A stretch of 64,000 nt of DNA. It comes from Longimicrobiales bacterium (GTDB taxonomy: Bacteria; Gemmatimonadota; Gemmatimonadetes; Longimicrobiales; Gaopeijiaceae). Shown in pieces: positions 60,028 to 64,000 of the stretch. Under the pieces are notes generated by a model. That model had not been told where the DNA came from, made no database searches, and saw nothing but the letters and a program-made list of their open reading frames with translations. Every line of letters begins with the position of its first letter. The stretch's first letter is position 1. A program made the position numbers and the translations under genes. The stretch lies in NCBI GenBank assembly GCA_965203485.1, contig OZ241892.1, positions 2,496,001-2,560,000 of the forward strand, given 5' to 3'.

Positions 60028-62121
60028 ATGGCAACTCGTCCTCTGACCCCGAAGTACGACGGCCGCCGCGCTCTCGAACTCCTGCGGACGGGCGTCCGAG
60101 ATGGCGGCGCTGTTTTCCGCGAAGGGCAGGAGCAGGCCATCCGACACGTCGTGGAGGGCCGCGGTCGGTTCCTCGTGGTCCAGAAGACGGGGTGGGGCAA
60201 GAGCTTCGTCTACTTCATCGCGACAAAGCTGCTCCGGGAAGCCGGGCGAGGTCCTGCCCTGCTGGTGTCGCCGTTGCTGTCGCTCATGCGCAACCAGATC
60301 AACGCGGCAGCCCGCATGGGCGTCCAGGCCGTCCGGATCGCATCCGACAACAAGCCGGACTGGTCCGAGGTGGAACGCGGGGTCCAGCAAGACGACATCG
60401 ACATTCTCCTGGTCGCCCCCGAGCGACTGCACAACGAGCGGTTCCGGGCCCGGGTCCTGGAGCCTGCAGCCCACCACGTTTCCTTGCTCGTCGTAGACGA
60501 AGCCCATTGCATGTCCGACTGGGGGCACGACTTTCGGCCCGACTACCGGAGAATTGAGACCTTCGTGCGCAGGTTGCCGCCCAACGTCCGCGTCCTGGCC
60601 ACGACGGCTACGGCCAACCGACGCGTAACCGCGGACGTCCGCGACATCTTGGGAACCGACGTCGAGGTGTCCCGGGGCGATCTGAACCGCCCTTCCCTGG
60701 TTCTGCAGACGATCGACCTTCCCGACAAGGCAGACCGCCTTGCTTGGCTGGCGGAGCAGATCCCGCGACTTTCCGGTCACGGCATCGTCTACACGCTCAC
60801 GGTACGAGACGCGGAGCAGGTCGCCTACTGGCTTGCTTCGCGCGGACTGAAGGTAGAGGCCTACACTGGACAGATGGACCACGACCAACGCGAAGCCCTC
60901 GAGGCCGATCTCCTCGACAATCGCGTCAAGGCCGTCGTGGCGACCGTCGCCCTCGGCATGGGGTTCGACAAGCCCGACCTCGAATTCGTCATTCACTACC
61001 AGATGCCGGGCTTCGCCGTGGCGTACTACCAGCAGGTCGGCCGGGCAGGTCGCGCGCGCGACGCCGCCTACGGCATCCTACTGACCGGCAAGGAAGACGA
61101 CGCGATCACAAACTACTTCATCGAGAGCGCGTTTCCCGCACACGACGAGGTTGACCAGGTGCTGGCGGCACTCCAGCACGCCAGCGATGGTCTCTCGCAG
61201 TCCGAGCTGGAAGCGAAAATCAACCTCGACGGCAAGCGCATAGAGAAGGCCGTGGATCTCCTCTCCCTCGAGTCGTCGCCACCAGTGGTGCGGGACGGAC
61301 GCAAGTGGCACCGGAACGCCGCGGTACGGCTCAGTCCCGCGTTTTGGGAGCGGACGGAACGGTTGACCGACCTGCGGCACCAGGAATGGCAACAGATGCA
61401 GGAATACGTGGCGTTGCGCTCCGGCCACATGGCCTTCCTTGTCCGCGCTCTGGACGGAGAACCAAACGCCGCCCAAGAGGCCGAACTCCCTCCGCTCCCG
61501 ACATCCCCCGATCCCGCGTTGCGGAAGGAGGCGGACTCGTTTCTCAAGAACCGGCCTCTTCCAATCAAGCCGCGCAAGCAGTGGCCAGCCGGCGCCAGCA
61601 GGTCGCGTCCGGGCCGAAAGTCCATCGAGACCAAGTATCGTGCCGAGGAAGGCCTGGCTCTGTGCGTATGGAAAGACGGCGGCCACGGAGACTTGGTCGA
61701 GCGGGGCAAGTACGACGCCGAGCGTTATGACGAAGAACTTGTACAAGCATGCGACGACATGATTCGTCGCTGGAACCCCGAGCAGCCGCCCGAGTGGGTC
61801 ACTTGCATCCCCTCCCAACGAAGCGCGGGAGCGCTGGCCGACTTCTCGAAGCGGTTGGCCAACGCGTTGCAACTGCCGTTCAAGGAGGTCTTTGCAAGAA
61901 AGGGCGATCGGCCCGAACAGAAGGCCATGGCCAACACCGCCCACAAGGTTCGCAACGTGATCGACGCGTTCGACGTAGCCGAGCCGCCGATGCCGGGAGC
62001 CGTGCTGCTGGTCGACGACATCGTCGATTCCGGGTGGACGTTGACGGTTGCCGCAGGGTTGTTGCGCAAGAAGGGCAGCGGCCCGGTGCACCCGTGCGCT
62101 CTGGCCACGCTAAGGGCATGA
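60028..62121 (+). CDS. RecQ-family DEAH helicase fused to a C-terminal PRTase (ComF-like) domain
   Basis: TGWGKS, VDEAHC.SDWGHDFRPDY, TATA, GMGFDKPD, QVGRAGR; C-terminal VLLVDDIVDSGWT. Confidence 0.93.
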   Translation: MATRPLTPKYDGRRALELLRTGVRDGGAVFREGQEQAIRHVVEGRGRFLVVQKTGWGKSFVYFIATKLLREAGRGPALLVSPLLSLMRNQINAAARMGVQAVRIASDNKPDWSEVERGVQQDDIDILLVAPERLHNERFRARVLEPAAHHVSLLVVDEAHCMSDWGHDFRPDYRRIETFVRRLPPNVRVLATTATANRRVTADVRDILGTDVEVSRGDLNRPSLVLQTIDLPDKADRLAWLAEQIPRLSGHGIVYTLTVRDAEQVAYWLASRGLKVEAYTGQMDHDQREALEADLLDNRVKAVVATVALGMGFDKPDLEFVIHYQMPGFAVAYYQQVGRAGRARDAAYGILLTGKEDDAITNYFIESAFPAHDEVDQVLAALQHASDGLSQSELEAKINLDGKRIEKAVDLLSLESSPPVVRDGRKWHRNAAVRLSPAFWERTERLTDLRHQEWQQMQEYVALRSGHMAFLVRALDGEPNAAQEAELPPLPTSPDPALRKEADSFLKNRPLPIKPRKQWPAGASRSRPGRKSIETKYRAEEGLALCVWKDGGHGDLVERGKYDAERYDEELVQACDDMIRRWNPEQPPEWVTCIPSQRSAGALADFSKRLANALQLPFKEVFARKGDRPEQKAMANTAHKVRNVIDAFDVAEPPMPGAVLLVDDIVDSGWTLTVAAGLLRKKGSGPVHPCALATLRA

Positions 62122-63542
62122 TGGCCGAGCCGACGCCGGACACGAAGGCCGTCTTGATGCTGACGGCTCCTTTGCTGGCGAAGACACCGTCCTCGAAGGA
62201 GTTGGTCAAGCCCTTGAAGCCCAAGGAATACAGGACGCTGGCCGCATGGTTGCACGACGAGGGCGCACGGCCCGCCGAACTGATGGAACGGGGGAACGCC
62301 AAGCTCATCGCCGACTTCGCGGCCCAAGAGAAACTTGGGGGCGACGACGAGACTCCGCAGCGGCTACGGAAACTCTTGGAGCGCGGCGTCGAGCTCGCGT
62401 TTGCCTTGGAGCGCTGGAACCAGCGGGCGATCTGGGTTCTTGGCCACAACGACCGCGAATATCCAGAGCGATGGAAGCAACGGTTCGGCGAGGACGCGTT
62501 TCCGTTGCTGTACGGTTGCGGCGACCCGGGGCTCCTAGCGAACGGCGGATTGGCCGTCGTCGGTTCCCGGCATGCGCCCGACGAGGCTCTGGAATGCGCG
62601 GCGAACGCCGGACGGCTTGCAGCCCGCGCCGACTGCACGATCGTGTCGGGCGGCGCGCGGGGATCGGATCAGGCGGCCATGCGCGGCGCCCTCGAAGAGG
62701 GAGGGAGCGCGGTCGGCGTCCTGGCCAACGGACTCGATCGAGCGGTCCTCCATGCGGATCATCTAGAGGTGTTGAGGGACGAAAAGCTCGTGCTCGTCTG
62801 TCCGTGGGATCCGGGTGTTCGCTTTCAGGTATGGCGCGCCATGCAACGCAACAAGCTGATCTATGCGCTTGCGGACGCAGCCCTGGTCGCCGCCTACGAG
62901 CCCGGCAAAGGCGGGACCTGGAGCGGAGCGACGGAACAACTGAAGTTGCCCCAATCCGTGCCGGTATACGTGCGTGACCCTCTGATGACGAAGGGGGCGC
63001 AACCATGGCGGGAACCGCAGAACCCAGAGGCCCTCAGGAATCTGCTCCGCCCGCCGCGCGCGTCGGCCAAGGATCCCCCGGAGGCCGAAGCGGCGCCGAC
63101 GCGCGAAGCCCAGCCCGCACGCGATTCAGAAGAGGAGTTGTTCGCAACCGTTCGTCGTATCTTCGGCCGCATGAGCCCGGAAGCAAGGACGCCGAAGGGC
63201 CTCGAGAATGAACTCAACATCAAACCTTCGCAAGCAAAGGACTGGTGGAACCGCCTTGTTGGCGAGAAGCTTCCCGAAGTGCTCGAACGCACGCCGCGTC
63301 CGCAGTCCGAGAACGAGATCGCACGGGCGGCGCAGTTGCCCGCCAGCGTGCAGAGACTCGTTAGGGCTCGGTTGCAAGACTTAGAGCGAAACGGCCTGCT
63401 CAAGAAGGAAGGATCTCGGCCCGTTCGGTATTGCCTTTCGGAGCCGGATCCAGGCTCCGGCGCTTCGGGAAGAATGGCGGAAGCGGCCGACTTGCCGGCG
63501 CGGGGCGCGGGGGACCGGCCGCTGGAGCCATCCTTCTGGTAG
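62118..63542 (+). CDS. dprA: DprA/Smf-family DNA-processing protein with extended C-terminus
   Basis: LAVVGSR, IVSGGARGSD, AMQRNKLIYALA, GGTW; ATGA-coupled to the helicase gene. Confidence 0.88.
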   Translation: MMAEPTPDTKAVLMLTAPLLAKTPSSKELVKPLKPKEYRTLAAWLHDEGARPAELMERGNAKLIADFAAQEKLGGDDETPQRLRKLLERGVELAFALERWNQRAIWVLGHNDREYPERWKQRFGEDAFPLLYGCGDPGLLANGGLAVVGSRHAPDEALECAANAGRLAARADCTIVSGGARGSDQAAMRGALEEGGSAVGVLANGLDRAVLHADHLEVLRDEKLVLVCPWDPGVRFQVWRAMQRNKLIYALADAALVAAYEPGKGGTWSGATEQLKLPQSVPVYVRDPLMTKGAQPWREPQNPEALRNLLRPPRASAKDPPEAEAAPTREAQPARDSEEELFATVRRIFGRMSPEARTPKGLENELNIKPSQAKDWWNRLVGEKLPEVLERTPRPQSENEIARAAQLPASVQRLVRARLQDLERNGLLKKEGSRPVRYCLSEPDPGSGASGRMAEAADLPARGAGDRPLEPSFW

Positions 63543-63566
63543 CAAGTCCCTTCGGCTTCGGGCTAG

Positions 63567-63998
63567 CTAACGCCCGGCTCCGGCCATTTTTCCGCTCGAT
63601 GCGGCCCTGCGGACCCCCAGCGCTCCCAGCGCCGTCCATGCTCCGGCGTAGATCGCAGTGCGGAGCAGCGCTCCGGGCGACCCGCCGTCGCCGCCGCGGA
63701 CCCAGCGCATCGTGCCGTTCAAGTCTTCAAAGGGAAACAACGCCTCCAACACGACCCGTGTCGCAAACCGCTCCTCGAGGCCCGGCCGGAGTTCGGCCAG
63801 GACAACAGCGGCCAAACTGATCGCGCCAAAGGCGATCAGGGCCATCCGAGCTCCCCCGGGCAACCAAGCCGACAGTCCGAATCCGACCGCGCCGATCGTC
63901 AGTACCACGACCACCGCCCCCGGCACCGTCAGCATGGGATGCGATTCGAGGTCCCAGCCTGCGAGCACGGCCACGGCGGACAACGCGCCGAGCCAGAG
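63567..63998 (-). CDS. 3' part of a membrane protein (5' end outside the window)
   Basis: The frame stays open to the window edge and has several hydrophobic segments. Confidence 0.65.
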   Translation of the reverse strand, partial: LWLGALSAVAVLAGWDLESHPMLTVPGAVVVVLTIGAVGFGLSAWLPGGARMALIAFGAISLAAVVLAELRPGLEERFATRVVLEALFPFEDLNGTMRWVRGGDGGSPGALLRTAIYAGAWTALGALGVRRAASSGKMAGAGR

Positions 63999-64000
63999 CA

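Overview
High-GC bacterial window. The gene order (yebC-ruvCAB-queA-tgt-yajC-def-fmt-thiE/S/G-rsmB-PASTA-TlpA-CdaR-tsaD; mutS-TonB-CBS-ddl-rhomboid) and protein style suggest Gemmatimonadota; this is inference. Core housekeeping blocks alternate with accessory regions. (1) At 11.1-14.9 kb, a compact operon encodes three paralogous hydrophobic peptides sharing C-x2-C-x29-34-C-x3-C (one missing from the ORF track), a Cys-rich secreted peptide, a membrane thioredoxin, a Yip1-like protein and an ABC exporter. It is a candidate new disulfide-stapled multi-peptide bacteriocin system. (2) At 15.7-16.3 kb, a peroxiredoxin-like gene has an in-frame TGA in a UxxC motif plus a SECIS-like hairpin, so it is a probable selenoprotein. 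(3) At 27.8-29.4 kb lie tandem TylF-type methyltransferases. (4) At 30.7-38.8 kb, a defence-island-like region holds an AAA-DUF4143 gene and a five-gene operon (Schlafen/AlbA-HATPase, PAPS-reductase-like PP-loop enzyme, GHKL ATPase with an in-frame G16 tract, two unknown proteins). It is a candidate undescribed modification/defence system. (5) At 57.5-63.5 kb are a beta-propeller gene, a chimeric IS remnant and a RecQ-PRTase/DprA pair. A frameshifted second copy of the tgt 3' end sits at the left edge. No rRNA, tRNA or CRISPR array was recognised. Start codons were picked by eye and family calls come from recalled motifs, not database searches.
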